From IMG/VR virus record IMGVR_UViG_3300006072_000005: a stretch of DNA of 64,000 bases; one strand, given 5' to 3'. This document shows positions 48,641 through 58,367 of this stretch, piece after piece. The position numbers and the translations under genes were made by a program. Every line of letters starts with the position of its first letter. Positions within the stretch are counted from its first letter, which is position 1. Under the pieces are notes generated by a model that saw nothing but the letters and a program-made list of their open reading frames with translations, made no database searches and was not told where the DNA came from. The stretch is from an uncultured virus (IMG/VR IMGVR_UViG_3300006072_000005). Taxonomy: Duplodnaviria > Heunggongvirae > Uroviricota > Caudoviricetes.

Positions 48641-49891
48641 TTATAGTAAAATACTTAGCAGTACTGCTCGGTTTCTACTAATTAATTCGTCTGCGGTTTG
48701 TACGGTAGAATTGACCAAATACAATCCAGTTCTTCCTGGGCCAATTGTAGTACTAGAATATAATTTTGTACCACCACTAGTATAAGTAGGAGTGCTTGCT
48801 TGGTTGTCCAACTGAGCAACTGCATTAATTTCTACAGGATAAGTTGAACTTTGTGTTGTTAAAATTAAATTAGCATTGGTAGAGTTTGAAATAGTATTAG
48901 GATTAGCTGTTGATCCAACTGATAAATTTCCTAAAACAGCACCTGTACTGTTAATAGTAACGACTGTGCTACCAGCTATCTGGAATAAAAGACCTGAGCT
49001 GGTCGCTTGAATAGCACTATTGGCTGAACCAATAGCAACGCCGACTGGCTGTTGGATTGTTTGAACTGTAGCAGTACCTGGTGTACTTGAACCTAATGTA
49101 TAGTTAGATGCGATATAAGTTTGTACCCATTGCACGTTTGGAATATCGTCACCACTTAACACACGTTGATAATATGGAACTCCTGCGGCTGTTGTACTAT
49201 TAGCCAAACGCAAAGTAGGAGCTCCTCTTTGCATGTCAATGATTAAAGTATTATTTCCGTCACTTGTGATTGTTCTTAATTCTAATCCGCTCAAAGATCC
49301 GTCAGCAGTTTGTAATTTAAATGTACCACCTTTGTTTAAAGTGATAGTACCTAATGTTGTAATAGTTCCAGTCACAGCACTGGCAAATGTAACAGAACTA
49401 GTAGTACATGCTGTTACTGTATATGTTCCGTTATATGTTGAAGGTGTAAACCCTGCAACTACAATGGTAGATCCAGTACTTCCGTTTGAAGCCACTGGAA
49501 ATGGTACAGAACTCTGTGTTGAAAAATTAAATGTTACTGCTGATCCTGTTGCAGTATAACTTGTTGCAGTTATAGCAGTTGTTGGATCATAATGTCTTAC
49601 TGATTCATCAAATAATAATTCTGCCGCTTGTGCAACACCCCTATCTATTTGTAATCCAGATTGATAACTTAATGCACTAGGAATTCCGTTAGTAGTTAGT
49701 CCTGCATTGATTTGTAATACGTTTACTTCAACGTTTAAAGTACTCGAATTAATTGTAGTAGTTGTACCATTAACAACAAGATTGCCAGTGACTGTTACTT
49801 GACCAGAACTAGTAGGGTCAAGAATAATTGTCCCACCATTTTGAACTAATACGTGGTAATCGCCTTGGTTTGTTTTTACAACTCTTGTCAT
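48641..49891 (-). CDS. Virion structural / fibre protein
   Basis: VTGNLVVNGTTTTINS, SGLQIDRG and one copy of the shared Thr-rich module. Confidence 0.75.
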   Translation of the reverse strand: MTRVVKTNQGDYHVLVQNGGTIILDPTSSGQVTVTGNLVVNGTTTTINSSTLNVEVNVLQINAGLTTNGIPSALSYQSGLQIDRGVAQAAELLFDESVRHYDPTTAITATSYTATGSAVTFNFSTQSSVPFPVASNGSTGSTIVVAGFTPSTYNGTYTVTACTTSSVTFASAVTGTITTLGTITLNKGGTFKLQTADGSLSGLELRTITSDGNNTLIIDMQRGAPTLRLANSTTAAGVPYYQRVLSGDDIPNVQWVQTYIASNYTLGSSTPGTATVQTIQQPVGVAIGSANSAIQATSSGLLFQIAGSTVVTINSTGAVLGNLSVGSTANPNTISNSTNANLILTTQSSTYPVEINAVAQLDNQASTPTYTSGGTKLYSSTTIGPGRTGLYLVNSTVQTADELISRNRAVLLSILL

Positions 49892-49904
49892 TTAGAATCC
49901 TAAT

Positions 49905-49922
49905 TGGGGACCGAAGTCCCCA
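49905..49922 (-). other. cUUCGg tetraloop hairpin (mRNA stabilizer or attenuator)
   Basis: TGGGGAC-TTCG-GTCCCCA between two genes, no U-tract, just upstream of an AGGA SD. Confidence 0.65.
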
Positions 49923-49931
49923 TTGAGTTTA

Positions 49932-51443
49932 TTAAGCGTTATCTAGTGTTACTGAAACGTTAGCGGTCGGAGTTGTTAAATTCCATTGTGCCGCTTGTCC
50001 AGTAGTAAACTGTGTACCTGAAATTGGAGTTAAGTATGCCTTACGGTTTGTTAACTTAGATACAGCATAGATACCACCAGCACTGTCAGTAGCAATGATT
50101 GCCATTTGACCTGAAGTCAAACTGCTTTCAGCAACTGCTGTTAGCCTGCACAATGTACCTGGGAATGTACCACCTTGTTGGATAACACGGAATGTACGTG
50201 AACCTTCTTGTTTGATGATGTCACAATCGGTATACAATGTTCCGCCAATGTTGGCGTTAGCAATAATCTGCTCGTAACGTCCTGTGTAACCACTTGTTAC
50301 TTGAGCGGCTAATGTAGCTGTAGCTGTAGCTGAACCAGAACTTAATGTTACAACTGGAGTGTAACCAGCGATTGTTACAGAATCACTTACAGTATAAGTG
50401 AATGTCAAACCAGTTGATGTTGAACCACCAACTGTTACAGTACCTGTACCGGCAAGAGCACCTGCTAGTGATGTACTTAATGTAACTGCTGTAGTTGTTG
50501 GAGCAACTGCTGAGCTAACATAATATGTTGTACCGCTTGTTACACCTGTTAAGTTACCACTTAGTGTACCTGTTACTGCAATCGCTGTTCCTACTGGAAG
50601 AGCTGTTGTAGTTGCTGTATATGTTAACTGACCGGCTGTTTGGCTAACTGCGGCCAATGCGGCACTGTTAGGTTGTGATGTTGTTGATGCGGCTGTACCA
50701 ACACCTGCGCCAGTAACTGAAGTACTTACTGTAACTACTTTAGTTGCTGTGTTAGCAGTTTTGATATAGTAAGCTGTACTACCTGTTAACCCACCGATTG
50801 ATTGGCTTGGTGTAAATTTCATACCAACAATCATTTCATCAATCGAACTAACTGTAATGTTACCACTACCGTCAGTTGCTGTGATGCTCATAGTCTTAGT
50901 ATCTGCAGAATCTAAATAACCATCACCACCGTTGTTAGTTAATGAATAACTTGTAATTGTGAATGATGTTAGTGTGAATGTAGCGGCCGATGTAAATGTA
51001 CTACCAACTGCCGTTAAAGCTGTTGCACCTGATGTTGCGCCAGTCCATGTACCGCCAGAAGTTACTGAGTTAACTGTTGTAATAACGCCAGAACCGTTTG
51101 TTGTAACGTTCAATACTGCTGTACCACCGCCTTGAGCACTTGTACCAGTTACTGAAACTGTAAATGTACTTGATGCTGGATAACCTGTACCACCACTTGT
51201 TATGCTTGCGGCTGCGGCTGTTAAAACTGCAACTGCCGTAGCTTGTACACCGTTAGCAAGTTGTGGACCAAAGATTGATAAACTTGGAGCACCAGATGTA
51301 TAACCTGTTAGTGTACCGCCTGTTGCAAGACTTGCAATATTTGAACCACCAATGCCGGCATCAACTGCGGCAGAGCGGCTATATGTACCTGATGCTGACG
51401 CATTACGTGAGCCAAAGTACTTTTTATTAAGAGGACGTCCCAT
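49932..51443 (-). CDS. Virion structural protein (possible capsid decoration or head fibre)
   Basis: 503 aa, Thr/Ala/Gly-rich, starts MGRPLNKKYFG; strong AAGGAG SD; near the major capsid gene. The specific role is a guess. Confidence 0.65.
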   Translation of the reverse strand: MGRPLNKKYFGSRNASASGTYSRSAAVDAGIGGSNIASLATGGTLTGYTSGAPSLSIFGPQLANGVQATAVAVLTAAAASITSGGTGYPASSTFTVSVTGTSAQGGGTAVLNVTTNGSGVITTVNSVTSGGTWTGATSGATALTAVGSTFTSAATFTLTSFTITSYSLTNNGGDGYLDSADTKTMSITATDGSGNITVSSIDEMIVGMKFTPSQSIGGLTGSTAYYIKTANTATKVVTVSTSVTGAGVGTAASTTSQPNSAALAAVSQTAGQLTYTATTTALPVGTAIAVTGTLSGNLTGVTSGTTYYVSSAVAPTTTAVTLSTSLAGALAGTGTVTVGGSTSTGLTFTYTVSDSVTIAGYTPVVTLSSGSATATATLAAQVTSGYTGRYEQIIANANIGGTLYTDCDIIKQEGSRTFRVIQQGGTFPGTLCRLTAVAESSLTSGQMAIIATDSAGGIYAVSKLTNRKAYLTPISGTQFTTGQAAQWNLTTPTANVSVTLDNA

Positions 51444-51540
51444 TTTGTTTTCTCCTTATGAAAAACACGGCGTTCTAGGCCGTACGCAGTTGGATTTCTG
51501 CATAAAACTCACCCCATGTGAGTTGTTACTATGTATTTAT
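51444..51540 (-). promoter_or_regulatory. Late promoter plus a three-hairpin 5' leader
   Basis: TAAATA at 51534-51539; hairpins at 51506-51524, 51483-51504 and 51467-51483. Confidence 0.6.
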
Positions 51541-52127
51541 GCGTAGGTAACTCTTACACCTATTTGATCTATATAAGCTGTGTCTCTGTGAGGGTATATA
51601 CTGTTGCTTTTAAAACTAATTACAACTCCAAATGTAGGATCACTAATGTTGGCCGCTGTAAGCCCAGTTGTACCCCATAAATCTGCAGGACCGCCATATA
51701 TATTAAAATCACCCACAGGTACTAGCGGAATATCGTTAGGACCTCCACCTGTATACATATTACTTTGTACAGGATTAATTAAACTGGCATAATTATTTCC
51801 AATAAGATTACCTCCCAGTGTTAATTGTATTACTAAATCTTCAATTCGTCCTGCACGTAAAAGATTTAATTTAAATTCTATACCCTGTACTGCGGTTGCC
51901 TTCAATGGAATTTTTAAATTAGTCAGCCACAGTTGACTTGTATTACTAAGAAACTTTTCCATCCACATACCACTAATGGTATACAACGGTTGTTTGCTTG
52001 TTGCATAATTATTTTCTGATATAATCTTATTAAACTGCCAATCAATACTAGGAGTATTAATGATTTCATTTAATACATTAACATTTGTAACTGTTTGCGG
52101 ATTATAAAATTGTGTGGTAGTCATCAT
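51537..52127 (-). CDS. Hypothetical protein (beta-rich)
   Basis: Start revised to ATG 52127 or 52124 (MMTTTQFYNPQ), downstream of the capsid terminator and directly after TAAATA. Confidence 0.7.
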   Translation of the reverse strand: MMTTTQFYNPQTVTNVNVLNEIINTPSIDWQFNKIISENNYATSKQPLYTISGMWMEKFLSNTSQLWLTNLKIPLKATAVQGIEFKLNLLRAGRIEDLVIQLTLGGNLIGNNYASLINPVQSNMYTGGGPNDIPLVPVGDFNIYGGPADLWGTTGLTAANISDPTFGVVISFKSNSIYPHRDTAYIDQIGVRVTYA

Positions 52128-52137
52128 ATATTTACCG

Positions 52138-52167
52138 AAAAAAAAAGTCCACCGAAGTGGACTTTTT
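52138..52167 (-). terminator. Rho-independent terminator after the major capsid gene
   Basis: AGTCCAC-TTCG-GTGGACT followed by a run of T (cUUCGg loop, typical of T4-like phages). Confidence 0.9.
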
Positions 52168-52197
52168 AATTTACTAATTAACCTCTTGGTTATCAGA

Positions 52198-53373
52198 TTA
52201 GCTGAACTTAACGTTAGCGGCAGTGATAGCAACTAGACCTAAATAGTCAGCGGCGTTACCTAGAGATGATGCAGTGTTTGACAACTCAACATAACCATAA
52301 CGTGTCATGAATGAAACGACTGGTTCGAATGTTGATGGGTCAAGAACAACACCAGAACTCATTAAAGGAATATATGGGCAATAGAATGCAGGAGCATCTG
52401 ATTCACTTGCACCTTTGTATCCGATAAGGATTGGTGTAGCATCTTGTGCGTAGCTGTTAACATACACTTTCATTGCATTGTTTAATGTACCAACAAACTT
52501 AGTGTTTGTAGGTGCTTCAAATGTACCTTCTGTTGTACGAGCAAAAGCTGAAGTAGTAGCAGATTGTAGAATTGTTAATGCAAATGGGCTTACAACAGCA
52601 TAATTACCAGCGCCACGACGTGTTCTTTGAGCGATCAAGTTGCTTACGCGATTGATCTGAACAGCTAGAGCGGCATGCTCGTCACCTACGAATGTTGCAG
52701 TACCAGAAACTTGTGACTGGTCAAAAGTTTGTGTTGCAGTACCAGCTAAAGAAATCAATGAAGAAATAATTTCTTGGTCGATTTCAGCTGTAATTTCTTG
52801 TGCTAAAGCAGCCATTACTTCTGCTTCAACGTCGATACCTTGTTGTGCTTGAGCATCTTGTGCTGACTCAAATGTCCAACGAGCTGATAGCTTGCGTGTT
52901 TTTGCTTCAACAGTTTGCTTCAAGATTTGAATACTTAAACGGTTACCAGCAACACCTTCTAAAGTAGCTGTTGAAGCTGCCTTAGCAAAAGCGTCGTTAG
53001 CGTTACCAGAATAAGCACTAGCAATCTTGAATGGGCTCAATGCCTCTTCACCAGCTAGTACGTTAGCACCAGTTGATGTATCACTATAACGCACACGCAA
53101 TGTGTGGATCTGTCCTACTGGACCAGTCATTGGTTGTACACCTACTAATTCGTTAGCAATAACGGTAGGCATAACGCGGCGGATTACTGGAAGAATCACG
53201 CGATTTAAAGTTGCAACGTTACCAGCAGAAGTGGCACCAGCAGTTGGAGATTCCATCAAATACTTGCGAGTATTCTCTAGGGTTACACCCATTACTGATT
53301 TTTTTGTGCCTTGTAAGCCTTCTAATAGGGCTTCCTTAGTTTCTGCCCAACGTCCTGTTAATAGTTCTGACAT
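52198..53373 (-). CDS. gp23: Major capsid protein (T4 gp23-like)
   Basis: GVQPMTGPVGQI, VEAKTRKLSARWT.E.AQD, EITAEIDQEI, AFYCPYIPL and FMTRYG. Confidence 0.97.
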   Translation of the reverse strand: MSELLTGRWAETKEALLEGLQGTKKSVMGVTLENTRKYLMESPTAGATSAGNVATLNRVILPVIRRVMPTVIANELVGVQPMTGPVGQIHTLRVRYSDTSTGANVLAGEEALSPFKIASAYSGNANDAFAKAASTATLEGVAGNRLSIQILKQTVEAKTRKLSARWTFESAQDAQAQQGIDVEAEVMAALAQEITAEIDQEIISSLISLAGTATQTFDQSQVSGTATFVGDEHAALAVQINRVSNLIAQRTRRGAGNYAVVSPFALTILQSATTSAFARTTEGTFEAPTNTKFVGTLNNAMKVYVNSYAQDATPILIGYKGASESDAPAFYCPYIPLMSSGVVLDPSTFEPVVSFMTRYGYVELSNTASSLGNAADYLGLVAITAANVKFS

Positions 53374-53385
53374 TTAAATTTCTCC

Positions 53386-54498
53386 TTAAAATTTTAGTCC
53401 AGCAAGTCTACGAATGTCAACAATATTGCTACTGTCACCATCTAACCCACTGCTATTTTGGTTGTTGGAAATCTTATTTCCGGTTATTTCTTTAGCCTCT
53501 ACTAGTGCCTGTTTCTTCTGCGGAGTCTTGCTAACATTACCATTGATAACGCTTGGCAAGTACTTTTCAAAACTTTCGTTTAGACGTTCTGTTTTCACAG
53601 ACTCCATCAACTCGCTCATGATTTGCTTTTGCTCACTGTTAAGTGGCGCCAACAATTCACTCATGATTTCTTTTCTTTCTTTAGCTTCTTTCAAAGCACG
53701 GATCTCTGCATCTTTACTTTCTAGGATTTGCTCAGCTTGTACGACTGCCTTAGCGGCCTCTTGCATAGCTTGATCTTTCAGGTCTATAACCTTGAGTAAT
53801 TTAGATGTTTCCGATTTTTCATTTAGGTAAGACGCTTGATATTCGTGAGCAAAAGCTTCAAATAACTTGCGACCAAAATCTGCACGACGAGCTGTTTCGA
53901 TGTCTTCTTTTAATGATGTAATTTCAGAACGTAGTCCTTCGCTTACAACACCTTGAACCATCTTAGCGGCACGAGTTACAAATTGCTCTTTTACCTTCTT
54001 GATTTCTTGTCGACCTTCACGGATTAAGCGAACTTTAGTTTCTGCTAAATCCTTCTTGTCTTGACCAAACTCTGTAATTTCTTGAGCTAGAGCCTCAACT
54101 ACAAATTGTTCTAACACGCCAAACTTATTTGCCATTCTTACTTGATCTTCATGAAGTTCACGAACTTCTTGAGCTAGTTGACGAGTAACAAATTCCTTCA
54201 TCATCTCGGCATCTTTCTTCATCTTCTTAGCATACTTGACTTTCATCTCAGCTAATTGATTGCGATCATCGGCAAATTCTACGATTTCAACAGCTAGTTG
54301 ATCAGTGATCATACGATCAATTGCTTCAACCATTGTTGCTTTATCGTGTTCATATTTTTGTGCAAACTCTTCACGTAATTGTTGAGCGGCTGTTTCCTTA
54401 GCTTCGTTAACCTTAGCTTCAAACGCCTTCTCAATTGACTCTTTAATCTCTACAGAAATCACATTGTTTTCAAATAAACTTTTTAGTGCATCCAACAT
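53386..54498 (-). CDS. gp22: Prohead core scaffold protein (T4 gp22-like)
   Basis: Coiled-coil, E/K-rich protein between the protease and capsid genes. Confidence 0.85.
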   Translation of the reverse strand: MLDALKSLFENNVISVEIKESIEKAFEAKVNEAKETAAQQLREEFAQKYEHDKATMVEAIDRMITDQLAVEIVEFADDRNQLAEMKVKYAKKMKKDAEMMKEFVTRQLAQEVRELHEDQVRMANKFGVLEQFVVEALAQEITEFGQDKKDLAETKVRLIREGRQEIKKVKEQFVTRAAKMVQGVVSEGLRSEITSLKEDIETARRADFGRKLFEAFAHEYQASYLNEKSETSKLLKVIDLKDQAMQEAAKAVVQAEQILESKDAEIRALKEAKERKEIMSELLAPLNSEQKQIMSELMESVKTERLNESFEKYLPSVINGNVSKTPQKKQALVEAKEITGNKISNNQNSSGLDGDSSNIVDIRRLAGLKF

Positions 54499-54511
54499 AT
54501 GATTCTCCTTG

Positions 54512-55141
54512 TTATTGGAGTCTGCTTATTATCGCTAATAAGCTCTCTTTGAGATATTTCTGTGCCTTAGGATCCCCTTTCACCTCTTCCGCTATACGCA
54601 AGGCACTTAGACCACCGCGATTATTCATCAGGTGTTCATAAATTGGTGTGGGATATGCTCCAGGAGCACTAGGTTGAGCTACCATATCTACTGTGATAAT
54701 CTCAAAATCTGATACTTCACCGGATCCGTCATCTTTGACGTTTCCGGATCCGCGACTTGAAACACCTAACTTGACTCCGCTTTCTAGCATCGTCTTGATT
54801 AGTTGTCCCATTGGTGTTGGAAGTATTTTCAACTTCCCGTAACCATTAGGACCGTCCATCCACATATTAACTATCATGTGTGACACACGGTCCAGGTTAA
54901 TTTTTAGATCATCTGGATGATCCACTTCTCCGAGAACTGAATAACCGTTTTGAATCTGATCGTTAAGGGTCTTAACAGCCTTGCCAATCTCATTAACAGG
55001 GTAAACACGCTGGTTGGCGTTTTTAATACCGCCCTGGATGCAAATCCCGGACATGTACAAGTTTTTCCCATCTTTGTCATCAGATTCAACGATCATTTTT
55101 GCTTCGTTGAAACTGAGATTCTCTCGGAGGTATAAAGACAT
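54512..55141 (-). CDS. gp21: Prohead protease (T4 gp21-like)
   Basis: NANQRVYP, LGEVDHP, TPMG, GVSSRGSG and DMVAQPSAPGA. Confidence 0.95.
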   Translation of the reverse strand: MSLYLRENLSFNEAKMIVESDDKDGKNLYMSGICIQGGIKNANQRVYPVNEIGKAVKTLNDQIQNGYSVLGEVDHPDDLKINLDRVSHMIVNMWMDGPNGYGKLKILPTPMGQLIKTMLESGVKLGVSSRGSGNVKDDGSGEVSDFEIITVDMVAQPSAPGAYPTPIYEHLMNNRGGLSALRIAEEVKGDPKAQKYLKESLLAIISRLQ

Positions 55142-55162
55142 ACTTTTAATAGTCTCTTTTAA

Positions 55163-56230
55163 TTATTTACGAGCACGTAAAACGCTTTGTGTGTTGCTTT
55201 CGCCACGGCCATTAGAATCTTTAGCACCTACTTCTTTACCTTGTGCTTTTTTCTGATTGCCATTGCTGTCTACACCACCATAACCATTTTGACGATCACG
55301 GAACGCTTTCTTACCAGCATCGCCACCTGGACGGTTCATTGTATCACCGATTAATGGTTTTGGATTGCTTGGATCAGCTAAACCACCTTTGGTTCCGCCG
55401 GCTCTTGTACCAGCATCACCTTTTACTTCTACGTGATTCTGTGCAATGTTTTCTGAAGTGCCGCCCATGTTGTTTACCATGTGTCCGTCGATTGAACTTT
55501 TCTTGTTCATGTTACTTGTAACTGAACCAGCTTGAGCACCAACGTGTGCGCCTTCTGTTGAACCAGCAATGTTTTTGCCTGATTCGTATGGAGCACCGAT
55601 CTTGTTAACGTATTCCATGATGTGAGCTAGTTCATCTAAACCGCCCATTTCATGATCATCGTCACTACCCATGTCACCACCCATCTCAGCACCTAAATCG
55701 TGCATTGGAGCGCCATCACCATGGATACCTGGCTCGTTTTCTTCTTCGTGTTCTTCACCAGCCAATAGCTGTTCAAATTCTGCTTTTAGATCTTCTAATG
55801 CATCTTCTAGATCCATTACGCGATCTTCCATGTCGCCTGCATCTTGATCGATAGCTTCTGCGTCATCTTCTGCGTCATCCATATCATCTTCTGCGTCATC
55901 TTCTGCATCATCGCTGTCATCTTCTGCATCATCGCTATCATCTTCTGCATCATCTTCTGCATCATCGCCGCCGAATGGGTTTTCTTCTTTGTCTTCCCCG
56001 TCATCTTCGGAGCTTTCTTCTTCCATATCCTTTTCTTCCATCTCTTCTGTGTATGGATTTCCGGAATCTTTTTTGTTTGTACCAGCAATACCAAAGTCTT
56101 CTGCTAGTAGTTCTTCGTAGATTTCACGGCTTTTGCCTACTACGATATTATGAAATATTTCTTTTGCCGCTTGTTGGTCGTCATTGATTAACGCTTCAAG
56201 CATGGCTTCAAATTGAGCACGGTCAGTCAT
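55163..56230 (-). CDS. Highly acidic prohead core protein (occupying the T4 gp67/gp68 position)
   Basis: 355 aa, D/E-rich, between portal and protease; late promoter at 56270-56275 and AGGAG SD. Confidence 0.65.
   Translation of the reverse strand: MTDRAQFEAMLEALINDDQQAAKEIFHNIVVGKSREIYEELLAEDFGIAGTNKKDSGNPYTEEMEEKDMEEESSEDDGEDKEENPFGGDDAEDDAEDDSDDAEDDSDDAEDDAEDDMDDAEDDAEAIDQDAGDMEDRVMDLEDALEDLKAEFEQLLAGEEHEEENEPGIHGDGAPMHDLGAEMGGDMGSDDDHEMGGLDELAHIMEYVNKIGAPYESGKNIAGSTEGAHVGAQAGSVTSNMNKKSSIDGHMVNNMGGTSENIAQNHVEVKGDAGTRAGGTKGGLADPSNPKPLIGDTMNRPGGDAGKKAFRDRQNGYGGVDSNGNQKKAQGKEVGAKDSNGRGESNTQSVLRARK
55855..55966 (-). repeat. Degenerate tandem repeat encoding DDAE/DDS units
   Basis: Repeated tcatcttctgc units on the plus strand; protein DDAEDDAEDDSDDAEDDSDDAEDDAEDDMDDAEDDAE. 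Confidence 0.85.
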
Positions 56231-56338
56231 GTTAAATTCTCCTGTTGTTATAGATACAAGGCTGTGTAATATTTACACCTATGTTAAAAAAACGGGGTGA
56301 TATAGGCAAAAAACAGTCAAATTTTGACAGTTTTATTA

Positions 56339-56587
56339 TTATTGAGGTGCACCAGCTTCAGGAGCGGGCATTGCATACATGGCATGTATAAATTCTAGTT
56401 CTTTTTCTTGTTCTAGAATGTGTGCTTCTGTGCTTTTGCGTAATTCGTTGATTTGTCTAAGAGTTAAACGTGTCTTACGTGTATCGTCTCTATGTAATTG
56501 AGTATCGTCACGATGGGGCTCGTAGCGTAAGTCGTTAGCTACATTACGAGTGCTTGGATCAATATAAAACAATTCACGTAGGATCAT
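56339..56587 (-). CDS. Hypothetical protein (head module)
   Basis: 82 aa; RKTRLTLRQINELRK; perfect TATAAATA 4 nt upstream of the ATG. Confidence 0.75.
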   Translation of the reverse strand: MILRELFYIDPSTRNVANDLRYEPHRDDTQLHRDDTRKTRLTLRQINELRKSTEAHILEQEKELEFIHAMYAMPAPEAGAPQ

Positions 56588-56599
56588 ACTATATTTATA

Positions 56600-58357
56600 T
56601 TAAACCGGTCCTTGAGCACCACCTGCTACACCTGCTCCGCCGGTACTAGGAGGTACTGCACCGCCTGCACCTTCACCAGATTCAGGACCTTGCATATCTT
56701 CAGGTGCTTCCATATCGCTTGCACCAGCTAAATCGCCTGCAATACCAGCGGCACTAAGCCCTGCACCACGCAATTCACCTTGACTATCTGTAGTAGTTGG
56801 CTCACCGTGACCGTTTTCTTCTGCCCACATGCGTTCATTTTCTGCAATTTCTTCGTCTGTTAGGGCTAGGAAACGTTTAAATGCAAAGCGTTTTGACACG
56901 AAAGGCAATGCACTGATGGTACTAAAGGTGTTAATACGCTCTGCATCGATAGTAGCTTGACGGCTACTTGCAAAGTTCATCGGTGGATTAAAGTTTAATT
57001 CAAACAAATTAGGATCAATGTTCATGCCTTTGTAATACATGAAGCGTTTAAACTCTTCATCAAAGATATGAACTAACAAACTTTGCAAACGTTCGCAATA
57101 TTTGTTGAAACGTAGTTCTTGAATGTATGCTGTTCCGACACGACCGTCATTGAAATTGCTTTGACTGTCATCTTGTCCTGTAGGCAAATAGCTACTAGGA
57201 ATACGCAATCCACGGAATAACTTGTTAGTAAAATACTTCAAGTCATCAATCTCGCCAATATTCTTACCGCCTTCTAGCATTGTTACGTCGGAACCTTTGC
57301 CGTCTGGAGTTTTAGGGAAGAAATAATCTTCGTTAATGCTTAGAGGGTTGTATGCAGAGTCTATGACGTTCTGTCCTCCACCTGTTTGTGAAGGAATACG
57401 ACGTTGGTGGATTTCGTTCTTTACACGTTCTACAAATGCCATGGCCAAATGCGGAGGCATATTACCTACATCAATGTGGAATACTCTGCGTTCTGGAGCA
57501 CGTTGTATACGATAGATTAGAATAGCATCTTCTAATAATTCTTTTTGTTTGTAAACTTTAAAGATATTCTCTAATAAACTGTTGCCAAATGGATAGTTGT
57601 TGTCTAACCCTTCTGACAAACTTAAATGTATGACATGTTCTGCATTGACAGCAGATTCTTTTTGATTTAAACCAAAGCGACTAGTGTTGCCTGGAGTAGG
57701 ACCTTTGCCACCACCTGGACCGCCACTTGTGCTTCCACCAAAATTTCCACCGCTAGGTTGTGATCCTTGTCCGCCTTGGCGTGGTCCAACTTGTGGAGTG
57801 ATCTGTGTTGCTACTAAATTTTCAAAATTAGGAGCAAGATCTTTAATAATGAACTGCTCTGGTTTCTTACCTTCGCTTTCATTTACAATAACTTTAATAA
57901 TTTGTGCAGAATCGACCCAATTCCATTTTTGATTTTCTGGATCACGTACAAAGAATGCATCTCCGTATTTGAATGTGTTACGCACAATACGGAACATGCG
58001 AGTATCAAACTGTTGTAGCTTGTTCCATTGCTGTAGATATTCACCTAAGATTTTAATTTCAGCGTTAGTTGCTTTGTTGCGCCATTTAATAGCAAATGGA
58101 CTCTTAGAATCTTTTAATTTTTGTGTGCAGAATTCTGCAAGAATATCTAGTGCCGCATTAACTTCTGGATCGCTATCCATGACTTCGTATTGAGCATAAC
58201 GTTCAATACGGTTTGGACTACCAGTGTACACATCTGGCAAATAGCTGGAATAATTTGTACGTGCTGGTCCTGGACGGTTTCCGCTAGATTGCCCGCTGAT
58301 AGGGCTTAGTAACTGACCGTTAACAGGGACGGGTGTAAAATATTTTTTCCAACTCAT
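56600..58357 (-). CDS. gp20: Portal vertex protein (T4 gp20-like)
   Basis: LLEDAILIYRIQRAPERRVFHIDVGNMP, EDYFFP, LFRGLRIPSS and ELRFNKYCERLQ. Confidence 0.97.
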   Translation of the reverse strand: MSWKKYFTPVPVNGQLLSPISGQSSGNRPGPARTNYSSYLPDVYTGSPNRIERYAQYEVMDSDPEVNAALDILAEFCTQKLKDSKSPFAIKWRNKATNAEIKILGEYLQQWNKLQQFDTRMFRIVRNTFKYGDAFFVRDPENQKWNWVDSAQIIKVIVNESEGKKPEQFIIKDLAPNFENLVATQITPQVGPRQGGQGSQPSGGNFGGSTSGGPGGGKGPTPGNTSRFGLNQKESAVNAEHVIHLSLSEGLDNNYPFGNSLLENIFKVYKQKELLEDAILIYRIQRAPERRVFHIDVGNMPPHLAMAFVERVKNEIHQRRIPSQTGGGQNVIDSAYNPLSINEDYFFPKTPDGKGSDVTMLEGGKNIGEIDDLKYFTNKLFRGLRIPSSYLPTGQDDSQSNFNDGRVGTAYIQELRFNKYCERLQSLLVHIFDEEFKRFMYYKGMNIDPNLFELNFNPPMNFASSRQATIDAERINTFSTISALPFVSKRFAFKRFLALTDEEIAENERMWAEENGHGEPTTTDSQGELRGAGLSAAGIAGDLAGASDMEAPEDMQGPESGEGAGGAVPPSTGGAGVAGGAQGPV

Positions 58358-58367
58358 CGATTATCCT

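Noticed and set aside
20079..49559. Numerous 60-150 aa plus-strand or off-frame ORFs inside the fibre genes
   Set aside because: Shadow ORFs produced by Thr/Gly/Ser codon bias (Val/Pro-rich antisense translations), fully nested within long genes.
52128..52232. N-terminal extension of ORF 51537-52232
   Set aside because: It overlaps the capsid stop codon and terminator; the real start follows TAAATA at 52127 or 52124.
55816..56187. Overlapping ORFs rich in MMQK or IIFC
   Set aside because: Alternative frames of the DDAE tandem repeat.
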